DNA from: Campylobacterota bacterium
GTDB taxonomy: Bacteria; Campylobacterota; Campylobacteria; Campylobacterales; Sulfurovaceae
Assembly (NCBI GenBank): GCA_034722955.1
Contig: JAYEOM010000027.1
Coordinates: 1 to 54,872 of the forward strand
DNA length: 54,872 nt
Direction: 5' to 3'
In this document: in pieces, positions 1-9,049 of the stretch
Position numbering within the stretch: position 1 is the first letter of the stretch
Layout of the letters: the number at the start of each line of letters is the position of its first letter
The notes under the pieces: model-generated
The model's input: the letters and a program-made list of their open reading frames with translations, nothing else
What the model was told of the DNA's origin: nothing
Databases searched by the model: none
Program-made: the position numbers and the translations under genes

Positions 1-1
1 A

Positions 2-418
2 TATAGAGGCAATCCAAAACACTGGGCATACAGAGATGGTGAGGTAGAGAAGACTTTTTTGCAAAGGGTTTATCGTTTTGTAGATATCTACCTCAATTTA
101 TCTGGTTCCCATGTGACTCTTCCACGAGTAGATAAGCAGGGTCTGATAGAAGTGAAGAGCAGTATGTTTATGAGAGCCTATAGCAGAAGATTTAAGTTTA
201 TGGAGGGGATGAAGATACGAAGGGTTAAAAATGCCATGACCGAAGCAGCCCAAAAAGGTGAAAACTTTCATCTCTGGTGGCATCCACATAATTTTGGTAT
301 AAATCAAGAGGAAAATATGGCTAATCTGGAAGAGATTTTAGAGCATTTTGATGACCTGAAACAAGAGTACGGTATGGTTTCTCTAACTATGCAGGAGCAG
401 GGGATATTTTATGGATAA
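2..418 (+). CDS. polysaccharide deacetylase-family (CE4-like) protein, C-terminal part; the 5' end lies outside the window
   Basis: The frame is open from base 2 (YRGNPKHWAYRDGEVEKTF...) upstream of the listed TTG at 59. The motif NFHLWWHPHNFG recalls glycan-locus deacetylase/deformylase-like proteins. The stop overlaps the next start (ATGGATAA). Confidence 0.5.
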   Translation, partial: YRGNPKHWAYRDGEVEKTFLQRVYRFVDIYLNLSGSHVTLPRVDKQGLIEVKSSMFMRAYSRRFKFMEGMKIRRVKNAMTEAAQKGENFHLWWHPHNFGINQEENMANLEEILEHFDDLKQEYGMVSLTMQEQGIFYG

Positions 419-1181
419 AAAGTTCAGGATTGTTATGCTCATAGGCAGAGATGACTCTTCAAGTATCATCTACCATGCACTCAAGGGTGAGTTTCAGGTT
501 GAGAAGGTTATCATAGAGGAGCCAGTCCCAAAACAGAGAGTGATCACCAATAGGATAAAACGGCTGGGTCTTTGGGTAGTATCCGGTCAAATCCTCTTTA
601 TACTATCCAACAAACTATTTTCAAAGTTTGCTATATCTAGGATAGATGAGATCAAGGAGCAATATCAGCTAGATGATAGTGCGATAGATGATGATAAACT
701 GCTGCATGTCGAGAGTATCAACGATCAAGAGGTCATCGAAATACTCCAAGAGATAGACCCCGATGCCATAGTGGTCAATGGTACGAGGATCATCTCCGGA
801 GAAGTTCTAGACTCTCTGGATAAGCCTTTTGTCAATACTCATGCAGGTATCACCCCGAAATATAGAGGTGTACATGGCGGGTATTGGGCTTTGGTCAATG
901 ATGATGCGGAGCATTGTGGTGTTACGATACATTTGGTAGATAGAGGTATCGATACGGGAGAGGTTCTGTATCAGGAGACTATCTGCACCACAGAGGCTGA
1001 TAGCTTCAACACATATCCATATCTACAGCTAGCCCAAGCTATACCACTCATGAAACACTCCCTAAGAGATATAGAGGAGAGCAGACTCAAGATAAAAAAA
1101 GTTGATCTTCCCTCGAAGCTCTGGTACCATCCAACTATCTGGAGATACCTATGGAGTATCATAAAGAGAGGAGTCAAGTAG
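411..1181 (+). CDS. formyltransferase-family protein (short form, candidate sugar N-formyltransferase)
   Basis: HAGITPKYRGVHGGYWAL and LVDRGIDTGEVLYQE match the Fmt/PurN-type HxxxxPxxRG and DxGxDtG motifs. At 256 aa it has no Fmt C-terminal domain, and it sits in a glycan locus. Confidence 0.7.
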   Translation: MDKKFRIVMLIGRDDSSSIIYHALKGEFQVEKVIIEEPVPKQRVITNRIKRLGLWVVSGQILFILSNKLFSKFAISRIDEIKEQYQLDDSAIDDDKLLHVESINDQEVIEILQEIDPDAIVVNGTRIISGEVLDSLDKPFVNTHAGITPKYRGVHGGYWALVNDDAEHCGVTIHLVDRGIDTGEVLYQETICTTEADSFNTYPYLQLAQAIPLMKHSLRDIEESRLKIKKVDLPSKLWYHPTIWRYLWSIIKRGVK

Positions 1182-2246
1182 ATGATCCCATATATCATTA
1201 CCTTTGGCTTTATCTCATTGATGGCTATGATGCAGCCGATAGATAAGCCATGGAGTAGTCTCAAGATATGGATCCCTATGACCATATATCTGATCATCTT
1301 TGTGGGATTGCGTCATGAAGTGGGATCTGACTGGGATAACTATTTGGCAATGTTCAATCGTGATGTTCCACAAATGAGCTATGGAGATGCATTGGTACAT
1401 GGTGATCCTGCCTTTTGGCTACTGATGGTTTGGGTGACAGAGATGGGATGGAGTATTCATATAGTCAATCTAGTGTCTGGTATCTTTTTTGTGACTGGGT
1501 TGGTTGTCTTTGTTCGCACTATGCCCAACCCATGGTTGGCACTGGTCGTAGCTACTGGTTATACTGTGCTGACTTTGGGGATGGGATATGTGAGGCAGGG
1601 AGTAGCACTGGGTCTGTCACTGTGGGCGATAACAGCACTGGTCGATCGTAAATTTGTCAAGTTCTTTATCCTTATCTCTTTTGCTACAGCATTTCACAAA
1701 TCGGGAGTATTGATGCTCGGGTTTGGGCTTTTTCAGGGGGGCAGAGGTAAATACCTCAAAGCTATAGCAGCTGTAATGATGGGGATAGGTATCTACATGG
1801 CTTTTATGTCAGGAAATGAAGAGCATTATGTGGAGACATATATAGATAGTGCTATGAAATCATCAGGTGCTTACATACGAATATTTATGAACCTTATACC
1901 AGCACTTATATTTCTATATTTTCGCAAAAGATGGTATCAGCTCTGGCCCGATAGCTATACATTGTGGTACTTGATGGCATTGGCATCACTGGCTGCTGTA
2001 CCTTCTGTATTTATATTGTCAACAGCAACAGATCGTGTTTCACTCTATCTGATACCGCTGCAGTTTGTCGTCTTTTCGAGTCTTCCGCTACTCCTGCAAG
2101 GAGTCATCTCCCCTAAAGTAACTACATTTCTGGTTGTTTTTTATTATGGATTGGTCTATTTCGTTTGGCTTAATTTTGCTGCTTGGGCTTTTGCTTGGGT
2201 TCCCTATCAAAATATCCTTAGTGATTATTTTGGATATCTGTATTGA
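1182..2246 (+). CDS. EpsG-family polytopic membrane protein (putative glycan polymerase)
   Basis: About 10 predicted hydrophobic helices. GSDWDNYLAMF resembles the EpsG signature. The ATG directly abuts the previous stop. Confidence 0.65.
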   Translation: MIPYIITFGFISLMAMMQPIDKPWSSLKIWIPMTIYLIIFVGLRHEVGSDWDNYLAMFNRDVPQMSYGDALVHGDPAFWLLMVWVTEMGWSIHIVNLVSGIFFVTGLVVFVRTMPNPWLALVVATGYTVLTLGMGYVRQGVALGLSLWAITALVDRKFVKFFILISFATAFHKSGVLMLGFGLFQGGRGKYLKAIAAVMMGIGIYMAFMSGNEEHYVETYIDSAMKSSGAYIRIFMNLIPALIFLYFRKRWYQLWPDSYTLWYLMALASLAAVPSVFILSTATDRVSLYLIPLQFVVFSSLPLLLQGVISPKVTTFLVVFYYGLVYFVWLNFAAWAFAWVPYQNILSDYFGYLY

Positions 2247-2306
2247 TATCTATATCAAAACAAAAACAAAACAAAATATATGTATAATATGGAGAAAAAG
2301 AGTACC

Positions 2307-3437
2307 ATGGATAAGAGAAAAATCGTAATATCTAGTAATACCTCTTGGTTTATCTATAACTTTCATAGAGAGTTGGCTAGTGTGATGCAGAGCCAAGGGT
2401 ACCAAGTCGTTGTGGTGGCTCCTAGAGATGACTACTCTAAAAAACTAGAAAAACTGGATATAGAATTTTATGATATTGGGATCAGTAACAAGGGTACTCA
2501 CCCCATCGAAGATATCAAACTTTTTTTTCGATTTTACAAACTCTATAGATCTATATCACCTGATCTGATACTCCACTACACTATCAAGCCAAATATATAT
2601 GGAACTATGGCAGCAGGAGTGCTAACTGTACCAACCATCAGTACTATAGCAGGTCTAGGTACAGTCTTTCTCAACAATAAACTCTCTTCGCATATAGCAC
2701 GCCTCCTCTACAAAGTTGCACTGAGAATACCAAAGAGAGTTTTTTTTCTAAATAGTTATGATCGCAAGCTTTTTTTGGATTCAAATATTGTCAAGGTTGA
2801 GAAGACTGGACTCATACCAGGCTCAGGGATCGATACTGAAAAGTTCAAACCGGTCAATATAGATAGGAATCCCCAAGCCCCGATCTGCTTTTTGTTGATA
2901 GCTAGATTGATCAAGGACAAAGGAGTTGTAGAGTTTGTGCAGGCTGCAGAGAAGATCAGAGCTAAATATCCAGACAGTACAGGCTTAAAGTTCTGTATCA
3001 TTGGAGAGTATTATCATGGCAACCCTACCTCTATCACAGAAAAAGAGATGCAACATTGGGTAGAGGAGGGTTATGTTGATTATCTAGGAACTAGCGATGA
3101 TATACGACCCATCATAGCTAAGGCGGACTGCATAGTGCTACCATCTTATAGAGAGGGGATCTCTCAGGTTTTATTGGAGGCAGCTAGCATGGGAAAAGCA
3201 CTCATCGCTACTGATGTGCCGGGATGCAAAGAGGTGATCGATGATGGAGTCAATGGTCTCCTGTGTCATCTCAAAGATGCAGACTCGCTAGCCAAACAGA
3301 TAATAAAAATGTCAAATCTGAGCGATGAAGAGCGAGATGAGATGGGTCGCAGAGGCAGGGAGAAGGTGATCTCCCAATTTGAAGAGAAGATAGTCAATGA
3401 TGCCTATATGCGTGCGGTATCTGCTATCCTCTCTTGA
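2307..3437 (+). CDS. glycosyltransferase family 4 (GT-B, group 1)
   Basis: REGISQVLLEAASMGKALIATDVPGCKEVIDDGVNGLL is a typical EX7E-type GT4 C-terminal motif. The N-terminus KRKIVISSNTSWFIYNF is typical. The start at 2307 (MDKRK) is preferred over 2280. Confidence 0.85.
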   Translation: MDKRKIVISSNTSWFIYNFHRELASVMQSQGYQVVVVAPRDDYSKKLEKLDIEFYDIGISNKGTHPIEDIKLFFRFYKLYRSISPDLILHYTIKPNIYGTMAAGVLTVPTISTIAGLGTVFLNNKLSSHIARLLYKVALRIPKRVFFLNSYDRKLFLDSNIVKVEKTGLIPGSGIDTEKFKPVNIDRNPQAPICFLLIARLIKDKGVVEFVQAAEKIRAKYPDSTGLKFCIIGEYYHGNPTSITEKEMQHWVEEGYVDYLGTSDDIRPIIAKADCIVLPSYREGISQVLLEAASMGKALIATDVPGCKEVIDDGVNGLLCHLKDADSLAKQIIKMSNLSDEERDEMGRRGREKVISQFEEKIVNDAYMRAVSAILS

Positions 3438-3452
3438 GTTATATTTTTAAGC

Positions 3453-4622
3453 ATGAAGCTTTTGTTTGTTCATGATGAGATTTTTTTGACAAAAAATGGC
3501 AATGTCTACTCCAATAATCTACCATTCCCTATACTAAAACGATATTTAGATCAATTTTCACAAGTGACTGTTTTGGCTAGGAGTTTAGAGGTTGAAGAGA
3601 TTGGGGATAGATCTTTAGCTAGTGGAGATGGGATTGATTTTATTTTTTTAGAGAGTATCTCAACCCTTCGGTCATACTTTGGGCTGAGGCAAAAACACCA
3701 TAAAGTGATCGAGAGTATAGTTGGGAGCCATGATGCGGTGATCGTGAGATTGCCTAGTGAGCTAGGAGCTATGACAGCCAAGATAGCAGAGCAGAGACAT
3801 GTCAAATATCTGGTAGAGGTAGTAGGGTGTGCCTGGAGTGTTATGTGGTATTATGGAGGATACAGATCAAAAATATATGCACCGTTTTTTTATCTTAAGA
3901 TAAAAAACAGAGTTAAAAAATCTAACTATACCAGCTATGTTACTGAGCAATTTTTGCAAAATAGATACCCATCTGCCGATGGTGCAAAAGTTATCTCTCT
4001 ATCTGATGTGATGCTGCCTGATATAGATGAAGATATAGTATCACAGCGTCTATCCAAGATAGAAAAAAAAAGAGAGAAAATACTCTTTGGAACGATAGGT
4101 TCACTAAATGTGAAATATAAAGGAGTAGATAGTACTATAGAGGTACTCTCTAAAATATCACAGAGGTATGAAGATTTCGAATATCATATATTGGGCGAGG
4201 GTGATCCTGCAGAGTATCAGATGATAGCTGAGAGAGTTGGTATCGGTGATAAGATCTTTTTTGATGGTACTTTGCCTAGAGGAGAAGCAGTATATAGGTG
4301 GCTTGATCGTATGGATATCTATCTACAGCCTAGTTTAACAGAGGGTTTGCCCAGATCTGTACTAGAGGCGATGAGTCGCGGGTGTCCTGTAGTTGCTAGT
4401 TCTGTGGGCGGTATGCCTGAACTGTTGGATGAAGATCTCATATTTGATCACAAAAATCAGCAGAGATTTTTTGATCTGATTTGGAAAATGATGAATGATA
4501 AGGAGTTGATGAGAGAGTATGCTATGCAAAATTTTAGTAGATCAAAAGAGTATCAAGAGAAAATATTGAATAAAAAACGAAACAAATTTTGGCTCTATTT
4601 TAAGGAAGATATCAACCTTTAA
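3453..4622 (+). CDS. glycosyltransferase family 4 (GT-B, group 1)
   Basis: TEGLPRSVLEAMSRGCPVVASSVGGMPELL is a GT1/GT4 motif. Confidence 0.85.
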   Translation: MKLLFVHDEIFLTKNGNVYSNNLPFPILKRYLDQFSQVTVLARSLEVEEIGDRSLASGDGIDFIFLESISTLRSYFGLRQKHHKVIESIVGSHDAVIVRLPSELGAMTAKIAEQRHVKYLVEVVGCAWSVMWYYGGYRSKIYAPFFYLKIKNRVKKSNYTSYVTEQFLQNRYPSADGAKVISLSDVMLPDIDEDIVSQRLSKIEKKREKILFGTIGSLNVKYKGVDSTIEVLSKISQRYEDFEYHILGEGDPAEYQMIAERVGIGDKIFFDGTLPRGEAVYRWLDRMDIYLQPSLTEGLPRSVLEAMSRGCPVVASSVGGMPELLDEDLIFDHKNQQRFFDLIWKMMNDKELMREYAMQNFSRSKEYQEKILNKKRNKFWLYFKEDINL

Positions 4623-5766
4623 AGTATTTTTTTATCAATAGATATGGGCGTACAAAGTAGTAAAGAAAATATAGACTTTTTGGAAAATCAATATAGTTAT
4701 ACTCACTTCTTGAGGGTTTAATGATAACTTTATGCAGATAGAGTATCTTCTCTTTGAATCCCGGAAAAAGTTTGAGCATTATGATACTGTCACTGTAGTT
4801 GCCCTTTGGATATTGCCAACTATCTACTATGAACTGTACAGTATCATCGATCTCTGAATGGTTTTCAATCTTCTCTAAGATCACCTTTGGCAGTGGAGTG
4901 TCAAATAGCAGATAGCTCAAATAGAGACCTAGGTAAACCATCTTCTCAAATCCTCTATTTGTGATCTTCTGTACCAAGATATCCCAGTCGATCACACTCT
5001 TTCGTATCAAAACATCAAGGTCTTTGATCCACTCTATTCTCTTCCAGAGGTGCTTGGATCCATGTATAGAGAGATATAGAAGCATATTTTCAGTAGAGAA
5101 TGTAGAGAGGGTATGACCAAGTATATCTACCTCCTGTCTCTCATTCCAAAAATCTTCCAACTGAACTTGCAGAGGATAATCCTCATCCAGAAAAGACCAA
5201 TGCATCTCAAGTAAAATACCTTTTGATGAGTGAACATATCCTATATCATGCATATGTTTGATCCAAACCTTCTCTTGTGTAGTTGATAGAGTAAAAATTC
5301 TCTCATACCCTTGTGATTTGAGTATGCTATCAATCCTGTAGATATCTTTTTTTTGAATCAAAATATCAAGATCACCAAATTGCCTTAGTGTAATATCTCC
5401 ATACAACATCTTGGAGAGTGTAGGACCTTTAAATGCCAAAGCCTCTATACTGCTCTCCCCAAATATCTTCATCAAACGAATAAGCTCAGCACTCATCATC
5501 ATGTTTATCTGGGCAATGGAGCTATATCTCTGTTTTAGATCAGATAGAAGATTGCTATTTTGACTATCTATACTTTGGAGTTTTTTGTAGATTATCGGAG
5601 TAACACCGTGCTGGTTTGCCAAATCCATAACTATACCAATATCAATACTCTGTGTCAGGTATGAGTGGAGGAAGATCCTATCTTCTTTGGATATATCTGC
5701 TTGGCAACAGGTGATAAGAAATCTCAAATGATGATCAATATCTGATATTTTAATATTTAGCGACAT
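4612..5766 (-). CDS. nucleotidyltransferase-family protein (NTP_transf_5-like)
   Basis: LRQFGDLDILI and HLWKRIEWIKDL resemble the uncharacterised nucleotidyltransferase family that recurs in exopolysaccharide and RiPP loci. It is the only reverse-strand gene in the locus, and its 3' end overlaps the GT gene by 11 nt. Confidence 0.55.
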   Translation of the reverse strand: MSLNIKISDIDHHLRFLITCCQADISKEDRIFLHSYLTQSIDIGIVMDLANQHGVTPIIYKKLQSIDSQNSNLLSDLKQRYSSIAQINMMMSAELIRLMKIFGESSIEALAFKGPTLSKMLYGDITLRQFGDLDILIQKKDIYRIDSILKSQGYERIFTLSTTQEKVWIKHMHDIGYVHSSKGILLEMHWSFLDEDYPLQVQLEDFWNERQEVDILGHTLSTFSTENMLLYLSIHGSKHLWKRIEWIKDLDVLIRKSVIDWDILVQKITNRGFEKMVYLGLYLSYLLFDTPLPKVILEKIENHSEIDDTVQFIVDSWQYPKGNYSDSIIMLKLFPGFKEKILYLHKVIIKPSRSEYNYIDFPKSLYFLYYFVRPYLLIKKYFKG

Positions 5767-5860
5767 GGTGAAATCATAGCATAAAAAAGAGAAATATTTA
5801 AGTTCATATTATATGATATTATGTTAGGATAGTGGAAATATTGTACTAAAGGAGTAGATT

Positions 5861-6559
5861 GTGAAAAAGTTTAAATTCTCAATGGCAGTGATGGTTGTCT
5901 TAAGCAGTTTGAGTTTTGCCGAGGGTGATGCAGTTCCTATGGCGGCAGATGAGATAGAACAGGACTATTGGTATATAGGTGTAGCCGGTATATATCAGAG
6001 AACATACTCCGTAGATAGCGGATGGTTTAATGCCGGTATCAGGAGTCAGGATGAGACAGGTGGGTTAACAGGTATATTGGGTTACAACTTCAATGACTAT
6101 CTTGCATTTGAAGGGAGGTTGACAAAGACTCTGTTTAAAGAGGACTATGCAGACTCAATAAACTATGGTCTCTTTGTAAAACCACAATATAGATTTTGGG
6201 ATGATCAGGAGGAGAGTTGGGAAAATCTCGAAGAGGGGTACTTCTCTATATATGCCCTTTTAGGATATGGTGTAACACAGATAGATGGAATAGCTGGAAA
6301 CACACCTGGCTACGAAGATGCATATATCACCGATGACTCTAGCTTTCAGTGGGGTCTTGGTCTTAGTTTTACTTTTGCTGATGATAATGAGGATGAGTAT
6401 GATGAGCACGATCGGGAGGGTGATGTCAGTATCTTTGTTGAGTACAACTCATTTATGAGTGATAGAGATATAAATGCCAGACTTTATGTCTACGATCCAA
6501 CTATCTATGAGAAGCTGAGTCAAGATGGTATCAGTGCAGGAGTCAATTATAGATTTTAA
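5861..6559 (+). CDS. small outer-membrane beta-barrel protein (OmpA-like/porin-family barrel)
   Basis: GTG start 7 nt after AAAGGAG. Signal peptide MKKFKFSMAVMVVLSSLSFA. Alternating aromatic beta-strand pattern. C-terminal ...GVNYRF ends in Phe. Confidence 0.6.
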   Translation: MKKFKFSMAVMVVLSSLSFAEGDAVPMAADEIEQDYWYIGVAGIYQRTYSVDSGWFNAGIRSQDETGGLTGILGYNFNDYLAFEGRLTKTLFKEDYADSINYGLFVKPQYRFWDDQEESWENLEEGYFSIYALLGYGVTQIDGIAGNTPGYEDAYITDDSSFQWGLGLSFTFADDNEDEYDEHDREGDVSIFVEYNSFMSDRDINARLYVYDPTIYEKLSQDGISAGVNYRF

Positions 6560-6586
6560 CCCGAATTATGCAATATCAGGGGTCAT

Positions 6587-6628
6587 GCGTTGTAAAATCA
6601 ACTCACGCAGTGAGTGGATTTTCAACGC
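6587..6628 (+). promoter_or_regulatory. imperfect hairpin, followed by TATAAT boxes upstream of wzc
   Basis: gcgttgtaaaatcaactcac / tgagtggattttcaacgc pair with one bulge. There is no T-run after it. TATAAT lies at 6645-6650 and ATATAAT at 6661-6667, ahead of the ATG at 6705. Confidence 0.3.
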
Positions 6629-6704
6629 TTGACCTCGACTGTATTATAATCTGAATTTGGATATAATGTCGAAAAAATAGATTACTACTAGCAGGTTTAC
6701 AATA

Positions 6705-9041
6705 ATGACTCAAGAGAATAGGCATAAAGAGATTGAAAAAAAAGAGATAGATCTTCATGAGATATTTAGGATACTCCATCAGTATAAAATAGCTATTGTG
6801 CTGTTCGCTATGATTTTTGCTCTTTTGGCTGCTCTTTTTGCTTATTTTAAACCAGATATATACTCTGCAACTACTACAGTAGAGATCGGGATGGAGAGAG
6901 GAAATGGTAAAAATGATATTCTCTCTCAAGCGACAGTAGGTAGTACAAATACACCTGATACTGAGATGGATATTGTCAAATCCCGTTTTTTAGCAAACCA
7001 TGCACTCAAGAAGGTAGATTTTACTCATAGGTACTATATCAAAGAGGATATGAGAGAGCTTGAACTCTATAAAGCTTCTCCCTTTGATGTCAACTTGACG
7101 AAAGGAGAAGGGATCTCTTTTTTTGTTCATCCTGTTGATAAAACATTTTATCGTTTAGAGATTCGGGGGAAAGAGTGGTCTTATGATAAAGTGCATCGTT
7201 ATGGTGCAGTTGTCAAAAATGATCTATTTGAGTTTAAACTAAAGCTCAAAAAGGGCAGAGTACTTAGCAGTAATACTTATCGTTTCATTATACTGAATGA
7301 TCAGGCAGTAGTTGGGTATGCCGTAGGTGGCACAAGCGTATCTCAGCTAAGCAAATACTCTGCTATTCTAAAGATAAGCTATCAGGACAATGTACCACTG
7401 CGTGCCAAGGAGTATGCCAATGCTTTGGCAGAAGCTTATATAGAGCAGAGTGTATACCGCAAAACTAGAGAAGCGTCAAGAACACTGCAGTTTGTCGATC
7501 ACCAGCTCTTGGACACCAATGACAATCTTCAAAAATCTGCCGTATTGCTAGAGAACTTTAAAATTAAAACAGACACTATCAACTTGAATACTAAAGCTCA
7601 AGGTGTTGTCTCTAGGATGAGTGGACATGAGACTAGCATAGCCAAGCTGAAGATCGAAGAGGGGCTTCTTGATTCACTCTATAAACAGGTTAAGGATGGG
7701 AAAAATCTAGAGACATTGACGCTGACTGGGATGAGAGTGGATGGTGCTCTATCTGGTTTGATCAAAGAGCTTCAGCAGAGTGTTGTGAATCTAAAGACTA
7801 TGCGTTCATACTATACAGATCAATATCCTGGGGTAAAAAAGCTCAAAAAACGGATATCAGAGTTCAAAAGTATGATTATTAAAACTATTAACAGTATGAA
7901 GAAAAATGTAAAAGAACGAAGAGTTTTTGTTGCTGAATCTATGCAGGAAGAGAAAAAAGCACTCAACAGGCTTCCTGAAAATGAGAGGGAGTATGGTAGA
8001 CTGCAACGAATGTTTAATGTAAATGAGAAGATATACTCATACCTTTTGGAGCAGCGTTCCGCTACAGCCATAGCTAAAGCTTCGACAGTGAGTAAAAATC
8101 GTATTTTGGATAGGGCACTATATCCCGGAGGTTCTATCAAGCCTAAAAGGAGACTAATAGTACTTATAGGTTTCATATTGGGATTGATCATAGGGGTCGG
8201 ATATGCTTTTTTGCGTGCCTTCTTAGATGATAGGATCAAGAGCGAAGAGGATATATCCAGAGGTACAGATGCAGGACTATTGGGTACCCTGCCAAGAATG
8301 AGCAAAAAATATGAGAGGGGAGGAACTCTCTATGTCTTTGACTCTCCAAAGTCTATGATAACAGAGGCTTACCGAAATATTCGCACAAATCTCAAGTTTC
8401 TATCACAAAAAGATACTTCTCAAGTCATAGTCGTGACTTCGACTGTAGCCGGCGAAGGGAAAACAACAATCTGTGCAAACCTTGCAGGGATTATCAGTAT
8501 GACGCACAAGAGAGTATTGGTCATGAATCTAGATATGCGCAAACCCATACTGCATAAGGAGTTTGGTCTGCATAATGATAATGGTATCAGTATGGCTCTC
8601 TCAGGCTCTACTATGTTATCAAAAATTATCCAGCATACGGCTTATGATAACCTCGATCTCATCTCATCTGGTCCTACCCCCCCTAATCCTAGCGAGCTTA
8701 TCCATAGTAAACGAATGGAGGATATATTAAGCAAACTCAAAACTATCTATGATGTCATTATCTTGGATACACCTCCTGTAGGAGTAGTGACTGATGCTAG
8801 AACGCTGATGGATCTCGCTGATGTGACACTATATGTCATTCGTTCAGAGTATGCAAAAAAAGCATTTTTACGCAGTATAAATGAGCTATATCACTCCAAG
8901 GGAGTAGATAGCTTCGGTTTAGTACTCAATGCAGCAGATATGCAAAAACATGGATATGGATATGGATATGGATATGGATATGGATATGGATATGGATATG
9001 GATATGGATATGGCAGTGATTATTATGTCGACAAAGAGTAG
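6705..9041 (+). CDS. wzc: polysaccharide co-polymerase / BY-kinase (Wzc-type tyrosine autokinase)
   Basis: N-terminal Wzz-like domain with two TM segments and a coiled region. Walker A is VTSTVAGEGKTT. The conserved GPTPPNPSEL and ILDTPP motifs are present. The tail is Tyr-rich, (GY)10-GSDYY. Confidence 0.9.
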   Translation: MTQENRHKEIEKKEIDLHEIFRILHQYKIAIVLFAMIFALLAALFAYFKPDIYSATTTVEIGMERGNGKNDILSQATVGSTNTPDTEMDIVKSRFLANHALKKVDFTHRYYIKEDMRELELYKASPFDVNLTKGEGISFFVHPVDKTFYRLEIRGKEWSYDKVHRYGAVVKNDLFEFKLKLKKGRVLSSNTYRFIILNDQAVVGYAVGGTSVSQLSKYSAILKISYQDNVPLRAKEYANALAEAYIEQSVYRKTREASRTLQFVDHQLLDTNDNLQKSAVLLENFKIKTDTINLNTKAQGVVSRMSGHETSIAKLKIEEGLLDSLYKQVKDGKNLETLTLTGMRVDGALSGLIKELQQSVVNLKTMRSYYTDQYPGVKKLKKRISEFKSMIIKTINSMKKNVKERRVFVAESMQEEKKALNRLPENEREYGRLQRMFNVNEKIYSYLLEQRSATAIAKASTVSKNRILDRALYPGGSIKPKRRLIVLIGFILGLIIGVGYAFLRAFLDDRIKSEEDISRGTDAGLLGTLPRMSKKYERGGTLYVFDSPKSMITEAYRNIRTNLKFLSQKDTSQVIVVTSTVAGEGKTTICANLAGIISMTHKRVLVMNLDMRKPILHKEFGLHNDNGISMALSGSTMLSKIIQHTAYDNLDLISSGPTPPNPSELIHSKRMEDILSKLKTIYDVIILDTPPVGVVTDARTLMDLADVTLYVIRSEYAKKAFLRSINELYHSKGVDSFGLVLNAADMQKHGYGYGYGYGYGYGYGYGYGYGSDYYVDKE
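8952..9011 (+). repeat. perfect hexanucleotide microsatellite (GGATAT)x10 inside the wzc 3' end
   Basis: Ten uninterrupted GGATAT units, read directly from the sequence, encode (Gly-Tyr)10. Confidence 0.95.
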
Positions 9042-9049
9042 ATGTAGAT

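Noticed and set aside
6603-6929. 108-aa minus-strand ORF across the wzc promoter and start
   Set aside because: It overlaps the wzc N-terminus. It is AT-rich and low-complexity, with no SD.
7820-8305. 161-aa antisense ORF inside wzc. Similar shadow ORFs lie at 45410-45868, 32206-32637, 19419-19784 and 15759-16076.
   Set aside because: All lie fully inside strongly supported genes on the opposite strand. None has a recognisable motif or translation signal.
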